A DNA stretch of 64,000 bases from Massalongia carnosa (lineage: Eukaryota). The notes under the pieces are model-generated. The model saw nothing but the letters and a program-made list of their open reading frames with translations. It did no database searches and was not told the DNA's origin. The translations under genes and the position numbers were made by a program. This document shows positions 24,266-39,527 of this stretch, in pieces (position 1 is the first letter of the stretch; each line of letters opens with the position of its first letter). The stretch is taken from NCBI GenBank assembly GCA_965645245.1, contig OZ287075.1, positions 310,001 to 374,000 of the forward strand. Direction: 5' to 3'.

Positions 24266-26681
24266 ATACACGAACGAGTTTTCACGGCGCGCCTAGCGGG
24301 CGGCTCATATCTAGGCTCGGCAGGGAATGCATTGGATTCCGATCTAAGGGCCTATGCTCTTTCTTCCCTCGCCTAGTATTTCTCGCCTGCTCGTATGGAA
24401 TCTTGGGGAAGGATTTCCTCTCGCCATTAAAGCCTTTTCTTTTTTTTTCCTTTTCTAACTCGTTTGGGGGGGGGCCTAGGAAATGTTTCTATTCTTTTTT
24501 ACATGCGCGGTTTTTTGTCCCTCTTGCGGAGTGGGCTTGGCTATGGATGGCTGCCGGGGCTCGCTTTTCGCTTTCTTCCATTCCCCTTCACACACATACT
24601 GTGGCTGGTGGTCGATTCGCTGGGTTTACGGGAACATGCGCTGTAGGAAGGAACGTGCTATACTGGGAGGGGGGGGATGGAGGGGAGGAAAAGGAGGAGG
24701 GGGGGATGGGGGTGTGATTACGAGCAAGCTGAAAAAGGGTTGGTTGGCTGATTGGTTGTTGGGTCATGCACAGGAGCAATCAGCTGGGGTGGGTTTCTTT
24801 TTAGTTGGTGTGGAGGGAGAGAAGGGTTGGAGAAGTGAGCTACGTAGGTTAGTAGATGTCTATCTAGCACAAAACCAGACCCCATAAAAAAGCAACGAAT
24901 GAGATGCAGTTATAACTTTCTGTTCTTTTCCTCTCCTCTCTCATTTCGTGGCGAGGGGCATTTGCGCAATGGACTTTCTGTTCTTCTCGTTGGAAAGAAC
25001 AACAAAAAAGGAAAAGGGGAAAGAAGAGGATAATTGATTGTCTGTTGTTGATGGTTGGCAATGAGTGGGTGAGTGACTGAGTGAGTGACTGAGTGAGTGA
25101 GATTGAGAGAATAGATAGGCGGGTTCTACTATTTTCTTGATATTCGTTTTTCTTGACGTACTTTTTCCTTCCCCCTCCTGTTTTTGAGACGAGCCAATCT
25201 TTTTTAGCTTTTGCGTTTTCCGTTCCTCGTTCTTCTCTCCCATCAATCCCTCATCAATTCTCTTGATCTTTAAAAAAAAAAAATTTTAAATTGCTTCATT
25301 CTTCCCTTTAATTATTGTCCTCGTCATCGTCCTCGTCCTGTTTGTTATTTATTTGTTATTCGTTCGTTCTTTCCATTGTTTCATTCATTTATTCTATGCT
25401 TCTCCCATAATCCTTCCCCCTTTTACTCCTTCCTCTCAATCTCGCTCCTTCTCATTCAGCAACAAGAAAATTTCAGCAATGGCATATATATATACTAGAT
25501 AAAGAAGTATCTCCTTTGGGGAGGGGAAGGGGGTGGTTTACGAGATGGGGAACTCCGGGCCCTAGCGGGAATGGTACATATGGGATCTTTGGTTTTGGGT
25601 TTGATTCTGATTTTGATTTTGATTTTGATATTTTAGGCGAGGTTCTGGTTGAAAATTCAAGGGTTGGGGGGTTTGAGAGAAGGAAGGAAGGAAAGAGGGA
25701 TTCTAGAATAAAATTGTTTGGGGGAGCAAGAAAGGGGGGAGGAGGGAATTAGAGTAGGAACTAACGTTTTCGGGAGGGAGGGGGGGACTTGTATGTATGT
25801 AGATGGCTGTGTGTATGTTTTGGCTCAGTACTTACTCGTGATATTTTTTTCTTTCTATTTCTCAATTACTTCTCTCTTACTATCTTTATTCCCTTTTCTC
25901 TTTCCCTTCAATTAATCCGTCTCAATCACTTCCTCCTTCCCTTTCCTCACCAGCTCTAAATCTCCCAACTTTCATCAGGTTCGCCACCTCTTTCTCCCTA
26001 TTTCTTTCTCGCCCATGGACTTCGCCTTCGTGCTTCTCGCTGAAACAAACTTCCAGAAAGGAAGGGGGATGGGAGAGATGATGATACGTCAACAAGCTTG
26101 ATACTTTAAGGGGTTTGGAGTCGAGTCTGGGAATGGAGAATTACGGTGGAAAGCGAAGATGGAAAGCGAATGTAGAGTTCGAGTTCGAATTCCGGCACAT
26201 AATATTCCTTTCCTCTGTGGCGTGTTTTCTCTAGTTGAAGTAACAATGCCTACGTGTGCAAATTCCAGCGAGCTGATTGTGGGAAATCGAGGGAGGGGGG
26301 TCATGAGAAGGGGGTTGTTTGAAGGAAAGGGAAGCGAGAAGAGGTCCGAGGATCGGAAAACGGCGAAATGAATGAGATGTTGAGCCGAAAGGTTTCCTGA
26401 ACGTCAAGTTCTATTAGATGCAAAAAGGGGGGAAAGAGAGTTGAGAGATAGGAGAGATGGGGGGGGGGGGTGGGGGGGGAGATTGATGGGAGGAGGGGAG
26501 ATGCGTGAAAGGGTAAGGGAGTGGGAGAGGGAGACGAGAAGAAAAATGTTATCTGAGTGGAGACGGATTGGCTAAGTTCTTCCTCTCGTTTTGATTGTTA
26601 GGGAAGGTGGGCTTAAATCTGGATCGACAAGAAAATTGATAAAGGATACGATGCGCTGCCTTCATCAACCAGGTAAATTAC

Positions 26682-28371
26682 CTACGCCGCCCCGCCATAA
26701 TCCCCTACATTCCCTTTCCACCACTCCCTCCACCCAACCACCTTCCTCTCCCTCCTCGCCTCCTCCGCCGCCCACACCATCGCATGGCTCCTCATCACAT
26801 CCTCCAGTGTGCAGCCCACATACCGCGTCTGCGCTTCCTCCACCCCCTCGCCGAGGTTCTTGACCGCGTTCACAGCCTTTACGAACTGGCCCGTCAGGCC
26901 AGCGTCCCCGCCGCCGTGGCCTCCGCTGGCCGGTGGCGGATGGTGCACGCGCGTGGATTTGGTGGCGAAGTCGTGCACGGAGATGGTGTGGCTGTCGTAG
27001 TGGAGTTCGCCGGCTGAGCCATAGATGTGACCGCGGCGCTCGCATATCTTGTCGGTGAAGGCGGTCATGTGGATGAGGGCGGTTTTGGCGCCGCGGCCTT
27101 TGAGCAATTCGGCTGTGGCGGCGGGCGTTGCAGGATCGGAAGAAGGGGATGATGGAAGGGGATCGTCGTCCCAGGCGATGGTGACGGTTTGGTCGTCACA
27201 CACGTCGTTGGCGGATTCGTACACGCACCGACCGAACCAGGGGCGGCGGTCGATGGCCTCTTGCGGTGTGCTTTCGTTGTAATTTTCGGCCAGGCGGGCG
27301 CGGAGCTGTTGCGCGGCGGCCGGGTAGCCTTGGGTTTGAATGCAATCTTCGATTTCCGGGTAGACGATGTCAACGGGCCATTGGATGTTGCCTTGGGCTA
27401 GGTTGTCTTCTTCGTAGATTTTTTTGGCGCTGTAGATACATTCGCGTTCCGCAGGACAAGTCAAGCAGTTTGTGGTGTCTCCGGCCAGGGCTGGTTTGCG
27501 CAAGCGTTTGAAGTGCGTCAGTGAGCCGGTGGATGTGACGTGAGAGGGGAGGTGAGGCGGTTTGTTGGTGCCGGGTGCCGGGGAACATAGCAGCCAGAGC
27601 ATGAGGTCGATGTCATGGCAAGATTTCGTCAGCAGCGACGGCGCTGCTGTAGATTCTTTTCGCCAGTTGCCTCTGAAATAGGCATTAGACGTGAATCAAA
27701 CCACACCCGCTAACTTACCGGACATAGCTATGGGCGAAATGCCACCAGCCTACAGGCTCGGTGTGCTCGATTGAAATCACCTCTCCGACCACTTCATCCT
27801 CGAGCAGAAGCTTCCTCAGGAGAATGTTGTGAGGGCTGTAATGGAGCACATGGCCGATTGAAAAGATTCTCTGTGGGGGCTCCCCCTGAACAGGCTGCAA
27901 CGCTCGGTAGATTCTTAAGCAGTCGTTCAAAGTCGTCGCCAACGGCTTTTCGCTCATGATATGTAAAGCAAGAGATGATAACGCAATGATGATTTCTGCA
28001 TGGGTTTCATCCAGCGTGCAGACGAAAACCCCATCAACCCCTGGCGCAACCGCAAGGCCTTCCTCTTCTTTCTGTCGCCGATCATTTTCATACTGCACGT
28101 ACTGTCGCCAATCGTCAAAGGATTGGTCTTCTGAAGATGCGTTGAAGCCCCATATGTATTTCTTCCCAAGCGATTCTCTCTTATAACGAGCTGGCTCCGC
28201 CACTGCTACAATTGAGCCTTCTGTAGACTCGGTCACCGCACGAGCGAAAGCATTTCCACGAGCTCCAGCGCCGATGATTAAGAGCCTCGGAGGGCTTCCT
28301 AGATCGGTTTTCGCAGGAAGTTTGCTGTTCCAATCCGGCAAGCATTGTCGTTCGACGTGGGTTGTAGCCAT
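26682..28371 (-). CDS. Gfo/Idh/MocA-family NAD(P)-dependent oxidoreductase (StrI-like)
   Basis: LLIIGAGARG Rossmann motif, EKPLA, GHVLHYSP, EPVGWWHFAHSYVR-GNW across one intron, KSCHDID, FGRCVYES.NDVCD, GGHGGGD. Confidence 0.9.
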
Positions 28372-28590
28372 ATTCGATGAATTGATTTCAAGAGGATTGA
28401 ATTCTTTAGGACTACTCAAATCCAGCAACATCCATTTCGACCACGACTTCTTCCAGGCAGACAGTTTCCCCATTCGAAGCAGCCTCGCTGTTTCTCAGGC
28501 GCAAGTCATTCTGTGTCCTAAACAGGCCGGGAGGCTGAGACACATCGGACTCGAATTCTCGTCAGCACCAGCCCTGGCCTATCATCACCC

Positions 28591-29225
28591 ATGGCGACTT
28601 ACCCATCTGAGGATCCCCTCGTCTGGATTGACTGTGAGGTGAGATTCAACGATTACCACGATTTACTATAGAAAACCCCACGGCTGATTCGGCCATGTAG
28701 ATGACCGGCCTGGATGTGGAGCGAGATAGCATTATCTCGATTTCATGCTTTGTCACCGACGCACAGCTCCGCCTGCTAGATGATCGAGGCTGGGATGCGA
28801 TCATACATCACGACAAGGCTACGCTAGATGGTATGAACGAATGGTGTGTTCGAACACACGGTCATTCTGGCCTTACTACAGCATCCATTGCCTCCACCAC
28901 CACATCTCGGCAAGCCGCGGATGGTCTACTGGGGTACATCACCCGCCTTGTCCCTAAACCGCGGACTGCTCTACTCGCCGGTAATAGTGTACACTGCGAT
29001 AAGGATTTCTTGCGTAAGGATCCATACGGTAAGGTCCTTCAATATTTACATTATCGCATCCTTGATGTAAGCAGTATCAAGGAAGCATCCCGGCGGTGGG
29101 CGCCTCGGGAGATATTGACGCAGATACCGGGCAAAAAGGGTCTTCATCAAGCGCGAGACGATATCTTGGAAAGTATCGAGGAAGCCAGGTTCTATCGAGA
29201 TCAATTCTTCACGAAAAAGCAGTAG
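28591..29225 (+). CDS. REX2: Oligoribonuclease (DEDDh 3'-5' exonuclease)
   Basis: MATYPSEDPLVWIDCE splices to MTGLD; MNEWC..TH..SGL, LAGNSVH.D, LHYRILDVSSIKE, H.A.DDI.ESI.E. Confidence 0.93.
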
Positions 29226-29518
29226 AACTCGACGCTGAAAAGAGAAGAACCAGGAAGACAGAAAGGGAAGCACACGTCCAACATGGCCATACACCTACCT
29301 ACCTGGGTAGCGAAGAGAATGCAGGGAACGGTGGGGAAAAGGAGAAAATATCGCGCTTAGCGGAACTATCGGAATACGGAAAATGTTGCCCCTCACCTCC
29401 GAGAGCCCCACCTTGTTTACATATATATGTACGCCCAGCTGCCATTGTCAACTCTTATAGAATACCATTCCCTCCTCTTATAGCAGATCACTACTTCTTG
29501 TTCTCTTGGACATATTGA

Positions 29519-31388
<1,870 letters not shown>

Positions 31389-31735
31389 AGGTGGTGTACT
31401 CTGTACGGATACAATACAGCTGCTGGGCGAAGAGGTTGTTAAAAGATGGTGGACTGTCTACGCTGAGCATTAGGCATTATACAAAAGGGCCCTTAATAAA
31501 ACCAGAGTGAAGCGGAGTCAATATTGTGGCGTTTTGTGGCTTGATCCGTGCCGTGATGACGACGTCTCGTTACCCTGATTGCGCCTCGTCTAGTCGTAGT
31601 CTGAGTGCCGGGTAGATCATTAAAATGCCCCTCCATTCGATGCCAAGGAAAACGAATACCATCATCCGCATTCAACTTTACCTTCTTTCCTTTGCTTGAA
31701 ATCGTTGATTTTTTTCTTTCGCATTTGATTTCATC

Positions 31736-33113
31736 ATGTCATCCGCATCGAAAGACGAAGGTGCTGGCATCGCACCTCAAAACAAAGGCTCTTGGTCATC
31801 ATTCCTCAAGGTATGCTCAAGCCCACATTACCCTGTGTGTGCATCGATTTGAAGAAATACGAACTCATAGCTACAATAGTCGATAGCCTCTTTCAATGGC
31901 GACCTTTCATCATTGACCGCCCCCCCATTTATCCTAGGCACTATCTCCCTCACTGAGTTCTCCGCCTACTGGACCGAGCATCCCTCCATCTTCGTTGCTC
32001 CTGCCTCCGAGCCTGATGCAGCGAAACGCGCGCTTTTAGTATTGAAATGGTTTCTGAGCACGTTGAAGCAGCAATATTGCAGTAGAAGCGACAAGTTCGG
32101 ATCGGAAAAGAAGCCACTGAATCCTTTCCTGGGAGAAATCTTCCTGGGTCGTTGGGAGGATGCTGCTGGGACTACGGAATTGGTCTCGGAGCAAGTCAGG
32201 TGCGGTAATTGGAATGCTCCTTGTTGAATAAATTTAACACCGTCAGCCATCATCCCCCAGTCACCGCATACTGTATTCGGAACGAGAAACATGGCATGAA
32301 GGTATGCTCCTACCAATCTCAGCCCTAATATCTCTAAATATTGTCCAGCTTCAAGGGTACAACGCGCAAAAAGCGTCCTTTTCACGTACAATTCAAATCA
32401 AACAAATCGGGCACGCCATCCTCGAAATCGCCTCGTTTAATGAAACCTACCTGATCACCCTTCCATCTCTCCACATTGAAAGCCTTCTCTACGGCACCCC
32501 CTTCATCGAGCTTAACAAAACCAGCCACATCATCTCCTCTTCCGGCTACGTAGCTAAAATCGACTACTCGGGCAAAGGTTGGGTGTCCGGCAAGAAAAAC
32601 TCCTTCACAGCGAGCCTGTATCCAGTGGGAAAGGGGAAAGAACCCCTCTACACCATCGAAGGCCAATGGACCGACACCTTTACCATTCGCGACGGTGCCA
32701 AGAAACATGGCGCCGAAATCGAAACCTACAACGCCAAAACCTCCAAAACCACCCCTTTGATCGTCGCGCCCCTCGCGCAGCAAGAGCCTTATGAGTCCAA
32801 TCGCGCTTGGCAGCACGTCGCGGCCGCCATCACCAAAGGTGACATGGACACTGTCGGCATAGAGAAAGGCAAGATTGAGAACGAGCAGCGGGCATTGCGC
32901 CGGCAGGAGCAAAGCGAGGGAAGGGAATGGCAACGGCGGTTCTTTAAGCGGGTGCAAGGCTGCCCGAAGTTTGAGATGCTGGCCAAACCGTTGGGAGAGA
33001 GGCTTGAGAGTGACAAGACAGGTGGGGTGTGGCGGTTTGACGAGGAGAAGGCGAGGGGCTTCAATGGGCCCCTTCCACAGGGGCATGCAGCCAGGCCACC
33101 GACGATCGTTTAA
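31736..33113 (+). CDS. KES1: Oxysterol-binding protein (Kes1/Osh4-like), four exons
   Basis: [45 protein letters not shown] split by an intron, [24 protein letters not shown]. Confidence 0.92.
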
Positions 33114-33976
33114 GAACTCGGCCGGGAAAGTAAAACGGATTGGGATTTGGTGGTTTTGTCGAAGACGGTGAACGGGTTGGCTATGTAGGAATTTTCTCCA
33201 CGCCTAAAGAAGATATTACGTATGCACTAGGTGAGGTTTTCCGGAGGCATGCCGCGATATCGCTAGTGGTAATAGCTCTAGGGCTATATATGCCTGGAAA
33301 ATGGAAGTAGCCAGGTCTCATTCAAAAAAACTCCAACCCAGGTTATTTGTATTCAGTTAATCGAGCAAGCCCTGTATATCTTCGTTTTCACCCTACTCTT
33401 CATCTTCATCTCCAAGCCCCGATCCCAGCCCCTATTCTATCCCTATTCGAAATTATATCTTCCATCCCAACTGTCATCACGGCTTTTTCATGTCGGACTA
33501 TAATTGTAAGCGTAAATGTGAGTAGAAGCAAGTAGATGTATTTGTGTATGTATGAGCTCGGAGACGAGGCAAGAAGATACACGAAGAAGATGAAAAAGAG
33601 AACGAAAACGCAAGAATAAATAAGGGGATCAGGAGATGAAAAGTTCATTTTTGAAGAAGTCTTTCAGTCTTCTTCTTTTATCTTCTTTCCTCCTCCTTTC
33701 CACCCCAAATTTTCTCCTCTGAAGAAGGGAAATGGGCCATAACAGAATTCACCTGACTTGAATGGAATAACCTAAGAGCTTTGGGGACATATTAACAGAC
33801 TCTCGTTGAGCAAAGGAGCCGGGGGGACGGGTTGAGTGTTGTTTCGTCGGGTAGCTTTTGGCTTGCGGGGAGGTGGGTAGTGGGAGATGAAAGAGTGAAG
33901 GGATAGAACTAGGAGGAGCCGGAGAGGGAGGGAGGGAGGGAAGGAAGGAAGGAGAAGCTAGGATAATCTAAAGAAA

Positions 33977-34008
33977 TGAAAAGAAAAGAAAAGAAAAGAA
34001 AAGAAAAG
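33977..34008 (+). repeat. (GAAAA)n microsatellite in a purine-rich intergenic tract
   Basis: About 6 tandem gaaaa units. Confidence 0.85.
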
Positions 34009-34582
34009 AGAGAAGACACACAGAGGCAAGACCAAGATAGATGAAGTGAAGAAAGGAAACAACGAAAGAATTCAAGCCCCAACACCAAAAAAATACAAGA
34101 GAACAAAATCCGTTTTTTCGAAGGGGCGAATCCTCTCGTGTTTTTTTTTGGGAGGGGAAGAGGGAGGGGGGGGGGGTTGGTACCATAGAAGATAGCTATG
34201 GGTTGACCGGAACGGGGCTTGATTGGGGTTCGGGGGATGAATGAGTTTTTGATGGTCGTGGAAGGGTGTGTGTGTGTATGAAAGAGAGTAGGTTAGGGGA
34301 GGAAGTTAGCTAGATATCTATAGGGGGGTTGTGTGTATGTAAGAAGAAGGGGGGGGAGAAGGAGGAGACGAGTCGACCATTTTCAAAGAATTTCTGTCGG
34401 ATAAGGAAGATATTTTCTTAAGGCAGACTCCTGGACGGAAAACATTCGGGAATAGGGTTAGAATGATGGAAGGGAAAATAGTATCCCAATGGAAAGAGAA
34501 TAAAATGAGGTAAAACACTAGCGGGTACCAGAATCGGTGGTTTCGGAAATACTTGTTCGCCAGAATCGACTGCACCTGAATC

Positions 34583-35987
34583 CTATCCGATCCGTTGAAG
34601 GACTTTGATCATATCAGCTGTCACGCCCATAGCTGTCACAGCGCCGCCGGCCCTGTTACGTAGAGAGTTAGCGACGAAAATGCCGAACCGGAATCGCTCA
34701 AGAACGAAGGAGGAAGAAATTTACCCAGCGCCCTGAATAACAAGCGGGCTGCTCCCGTATCGCTCCGTGTAAAAACTAATAATGTTGTCGCTCCCCCTCA
34801 GCCCGGCGATCGCACTGCCCGCTTCGACCCTCTCCATCCCTACCTTCACCTCCCCTTTTCCCACATCGATGCTTCCCACATACCTCACCAGCTTCCCCTC
34901 CCTCCTGGCGTCTTCCCGCACCCCCTCCATGTCGGCATCAAACTCCGGCAACCGGGCCAGGAACTCGTCCGCCGTGCCCGCCTCCTTCAGCGCCGAGGGG
35001 ATCAAGCTCTGCACCGGAAACGCACTGGTGCCGTCGACCTCCAAGCCGGCGATGCGGGCTAGGATGACCAGTTTCCTTGCGACATCCTCGCCGTTGAGGT
35101 CGTCGCGCGGGTCCGGTTCCGTGTAGCCCTTCGCCTTCGCCTTGGCGACTTCCTCGCTCCATTTCCCGCCGCCGTGGCCATCGGCCGGGGCGAAGCTGTT
35201 GAAGAGGAAGCTCATGGTGCCGGAGAAGACGCCTTCGATCTTGCGGATCTGGTCCCCGGTGTCGACGAGGTCACGTAGCGTGGAGATCACGGGGAGACCG
35301 GCCCCGACGGAGGATTCGTGGTAAAGGTGTCCGTGCTGCGGGTGCTGAGCGGAGTGTGCGGCGGAGAAGAGGTCACGCCAGAGGCCGATAGTGTGGCTGA
35401 ATGCTTTTTTGTTGGGCGTCACGATGCTGATGCCTGCGCGCAGGAACTGCGGGTAGCTTTCTGCCACGGCGAGGCTGCTGGTGTTGTCGGCTAGGATACA
35501 TTTCCCCGGGGCATTGGAGAAGAAGGCGAGGATCTCGGGCAGGCTGAGAAGGGGCTGGGAGGAGTTGGCGAGGTCGGTGAGCCATGTGATGGGGGAGAGA
35601 CTGTGGGCGAAGTCTTCGGTGAAGAGGCAGCGGGTGGTGCGCGAGATGAGAGTCAAGGTAAGCTGGGGATAGATGGTTTGCAGGTGGGGGATCTGGGAGA
35701 GGAAGTGCTCGCCCACGCCGCCGGCTCCTGGGGGGCGGGGTCAGTCTGGGAAAGGAGAAGAATGCAGAAGGAAGGAAAGATGAAATGCGATTTGAAGTGG
35801 AAAGACGAGAATTAACTTAATATCACTCTCACGCGAAAAATAAATCAAGAGTTCGACCAATGCATTATAAGTCGGAAAGCGCACGCATGTCATGATCGAA
35901 GCAAAATTACGCAGCCGAACCAAATTATTAACAAGGTCCATTTATCTCACCTATGACGGCGAGATATACTCGCCTGGAAGAAGACAT
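34583..35987 (-). CDS. HOM6: Homoserine dehydrogenase, three exons
   Basis: MSSSRRVYLAVI-GAGGVG, DNTS, VTPNKKAFS, HESSVGAGLP, GVFSGTMSFLFN, GYTEPDPRDDLNG.DVARK, QGAG-AGGAVTAMGVTAD; TAG at 34583-34585. Confidence 0.96.
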
Positions 35988-36226
35988 GATAGTATAGTAT
36001 TCAATCGACGGCGAAGCTAAAGCTGGCAGAATAAATACTTTGAGTCCAGAAGAGAAAAGTAAACCCAAGGTTTGACGAAAGATGACCCCATCCCCTTTAC
36101 TCCTTTTAATTATTTAGGTAAGCAGAATAACTCGGCCCGAATCAGTCGACTACCACGTGACTGTCAAGCTGCAATAACCGAGGAATGACTACCTCCAGCA
36201 CCGAATAAACACATATATTCTTCATT

Positions 36227-37234
36227 ATGGCCACAGAATCTATCTATGGCATTCCGCGCCCAAAGACTCGAGCTAAAGAAATATCCTCCTCCACCACCTT
36301 ATCCTTCACTTCTGAACTAACTTCCCTCCTCGCCCAATCCGCCTCCCACCCCTGTACTACAGCCCGCGCACGCCCCTCCAAGTCCAAACCCTCAATCTTT
36401 ACCGCCCACAACAAAAACACTAAAAAGCGTGCGATCGCCGACGTCTCCGAAGATGCCGCTACCTCCCTCTCCCAAAACCACTCCACCTCCAGTTCTGCCG
36501 TCGATCCCGCAATCCTGCACCGCTCGAAGCGGAAAATGCAAGAGAAAGCACTCCTGTACGCCTCGATGAAGCGCGGCGACTACGTTCCTCCTACCAGCTC
36601 TGCTACAGCCGAAAAACGAGACTCCAACCTCCTGGTTGATTTCGACCGCAAATGGGCTGAAGACGTTGAAGCAGGTCGAACCTCTGACACTTCGTCCTCC
36701 TCCGATGACGACGGTGAAGAGATGGTCACCTATGAAGACGAGTTCGGCCGGCAGCGCCAAGGCAGCCGCGCCGAAGCTGCGCGCGAACTCCGGCGTCGGA
36801 ACGCTCAATCCTACGCCGTAGATGAGCTAGCCCACCTCTCCGCTCGCCCCGAAGCTCCCGCTCGCCTTATCCACGGAGATGTCGTACAGGCTGCAGCATT
36901 TAACCCAGATGCAGCCATTGCAGAGCAGATGGAAGATATCGCGCGAAAACGAGATCGAAGCATGACGCCGCCGGAGGAAGTCCATTACGATGCCAGCAAG
37001 GAGATTCGATCCAAGGGCGTGGGCTTCTATTCATTCTCGAAAGATGCGGAGGGGAGAAAGCGGGAGATGAAGGATTTGGAACGGGAAAGGCAAGAGACGG
37101 AAAAGGGTAGGGGAGAACGGGAAGAAAGGATACGGAAGAGGAAGGAGGAAGTGGAAAAGAGGAGGAAGCTTGTGGCGCAAAAGAGGAGCGAAATTCTTGC
37201 TGACAGGTTTTTAGAGGGACTAGAAGACGGATGA
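36227..37234 (+). CDS. CCDC174 / DUF4078-like coiled-coil protein
   Basis: Single ORF with SKRKMQEKALLY..MKRG, LVDFDRKW, YEDEFGRQR, HYDASKEIRSKGVGFYSFSKD. Confidence 0.8.
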   Translation: MATESIYGIPRPKTRAKEISSSTTLSFTSELTSLLAQSASHPCTTARARPSKSKPSIFTAHNKNTKKRAIADVSEDAATSLSQNHSTSSSAVDPAILHRSKRKMQEKALLYASMKRGDYVPPTSSATAEKRDSNLLVDFDRKWAEDVEAGRTSDTSSSSDDDGEEMVTYEDEFGRQRQGSRAEAARELRRRNAQSYAVDELAHLSARPEAPARLIHGDVVQAAAFNPDAAIAEQMEDIARKRDRSMTPPEEVHYDASKEIRSKGVGFYSFSKDAEGRKREMKDLERERQETEKGRGEREERIRKRKEEVEKRRKLVAQKRSEILADRFLEGLEDG

Positions 37235-38331
37235 ATGGCCTTGGGGTTAAATATTTGCGAGGCGTTATCGGTGGTGGGATTGGTTATCACACCTTATGCT
37301 TCTCGGTGTCACCCAATCCTCAATATCAATGCATTGTCATTGCGTGGGTTCAAATATGTCTGAAATATCTTCTCAATCGTCGCATATTACGGACCATTAT
37401 CGGACCATGTCGAGAATGTCCGAAACCTTCAGCCAAAAGCCAGAATAACAGCGTTTCTTCAAACGTTTCTCAACATCGCCAGCGTTCACCCTAATCGTGC
37501 CGCCGCCCCCATATCTTCCGGAGCCCTCAAACACAAGCCAGAATAGAATAACAAAACCCCTGGAATCTTGCCCTTGTGCTGTTTCCGGGAAATCAAAGCT
37601 CCCTCAAACTAACAGAAAGATAGCCATTTCTTGGCGTACACGCAGCGCTGATACGGAACGGTTCCAGGCTCGATGGATGCACCAAGGGACTTAATGACGC
37701 GGATTCAAATTCCTAGTTCTAGTACTAGGCTATCTATTATCCTCTATACTCCTTATTGCGAGATCTGGGATGATCGATCATACCTACAGAATGTTTGAAG
37801 AGGACTATTATTACGCATGCAATAAGATCTTCTTTCTACGTATTTTGAAAAGACACTGCTTTTTTTGTGCTCAGCTTGACAATTTTCACCTTTTGCGCTT
37901 CCTTTGATACAACTAATCTTCACCGAAGTATTTCACCCAGGGAGAAGAATAAGTTAAAATAAATACTCAAGAGCCCGAAAGAGGGACTTGGTAGCTATGC
38001 AGCCCATATTCATTCCAGTATCCCAACCGAGAAGAAAGATAGTTCCCATTTTGGACCTCCCTTTCCTTTTGCCCCAGATAACGAACTAACCAAAATCCAA
38101 GGGCGGCCCGGTCTTATCATCTACACATCTCACGTATATATCTCGAAGAAACGCAGCTGAAATGAAGCTTAATTCAATTCCCGTCTGCTCAATCTCAATC
38201 TTCAAAATCTAAGCCGAATTTCCTATTAAAAGAAATGCCCGTCGTTGCAGAAGAAGAAGAGAAAACCGCCACGATCCACCACTATTCAAATCCCCTGCCT
38301 TCGTCATTTCCCCCCAAGTCTTGCTGGCCCC

Positions 38332-38687
38332 TTACTTTCCGCCTTGTCCCTGCCCCTGGCCCTTGCCCTGGCCCTGTCCCTGTCCCTGGCCCTGGCCCTG
38401 TGCAGCATTCGCATTTCGGTCCCCAGCAGCTTGCGCGCGAGCCGCGAAGGAGGTTCCGGACATATCCTGACCAGCTTTTGCCTATAATTGCGGTTAAGAT
38501 ATTAGTACTAGTGTACCAAAGGAATCTATGGGAGTAGCAGATAAGGAGCAGTAAGTAGGAAAGCGAACGAGGCAAGAAGACAAGAAGATAAAGCAGGGGA
38601 GAAGGAAGATACCTGTGCAGCCTGAATCCGCTGCGCGTCTCCCTTTGTCATTGGTGATTTGGGTGAAGTGGGCGAGTTGGAAGGCAT
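38332..38687 (-). CDS. 74-aa SMP/LEA-like hydrophilin, two exons (absent from the ORF track)
   Basis: Exon 1 38687-38613, GT..AG intron 38612-38482, exon 2 38481-38332. Translation: MPSNSPTSPKSPMTKGDAQRIQAAQAKAGQDMSGTSFAARAQAAGDRNANAAQGQGQGQGQGQGKGQGQGQGGK. Confidence 0.85.
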
Positions 38688-39527
38688 TTCTTTATTGTTT
38701 CTTTCTTACTTAACTTGCTTCCTTGGATTAGCGGATCGGGATAGATGAAGGAGATTGGGGGATTTAGATAGGTATGAGAGACTTTTGGATCTGGCTAAAA
38801 GGCTGTGGGAGTGGGAATCGATGGTGGGATGGGATGGGATGGGATGAATGGTAATGGTGGTGATGAAGATGGTTTTGGGGGGGGACATTGCTCTACATAT
38901 ATATTGACGGTTTCCTTTTTTCTATCCTCCCTTTCTCTCTCTCTATCTCTCTCTCTACCTAGCTACAGTATCCACGTGCCTAGCTGCCCAGTTTGCCTAA
39001 CCTGCCTACCTACCTACCTGCCTGTCCGCTTGTGTTTCCTCCCATCATCGTCATCATCACGAGTGCGGCCTTTTCTCCTTTCCCGGGCTTATTTAAGTTT
39101 GCGTTTGCGTTTGCGTTTGCGTCTCTCTCTCACACACATACACTCTCGCTTATAGCACAGGCCGCTTTTACACGGGATGGGATGGGATGGAATGAAGTAA
39201 GTGGGTAGGTGGGTGCCTGAGTGATGATTACTTTTCTTTCTCCGTTTTCTCTTCTCTGTTGATTGATTGATTGGTTGCTCCGTAGTTGATTGTTTGTTAT
39301 ATGGGGAGGGTCGAACGGGGGTGAATGAGAGGAAGGGTGAATGGAAGGTCATGACCGACTAGCTGATGGATTAATTAACTCTTCTTGGGAGTTTGAAGAT
39401 CTAATCAATCGGCGGTTTTTTCATCTGTTCGTTCGTTCATTTGCCATCCATCCATCCATCCATATCCCTGCAGCCTTTTTTTTGCTATTTGCAATCCCCC
39501 ATCTCCCATCACCCATTTTTCATACTA

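Noticed and set aside
24300..26600. Short ORFs in purine/pyrimidine-tract DNA (likewise 33200-34550, 38700-39500, 41900-42650, 58550-60400)
   Set aside because: Low-complexity translations of microsatellites and homopolymer tracts.
35729..35950. Long first intron of HOM6 as a snoRNA or riboswitch host
   Set aside because: No convincing C/D, H/ACA or aptamer motifs seen.
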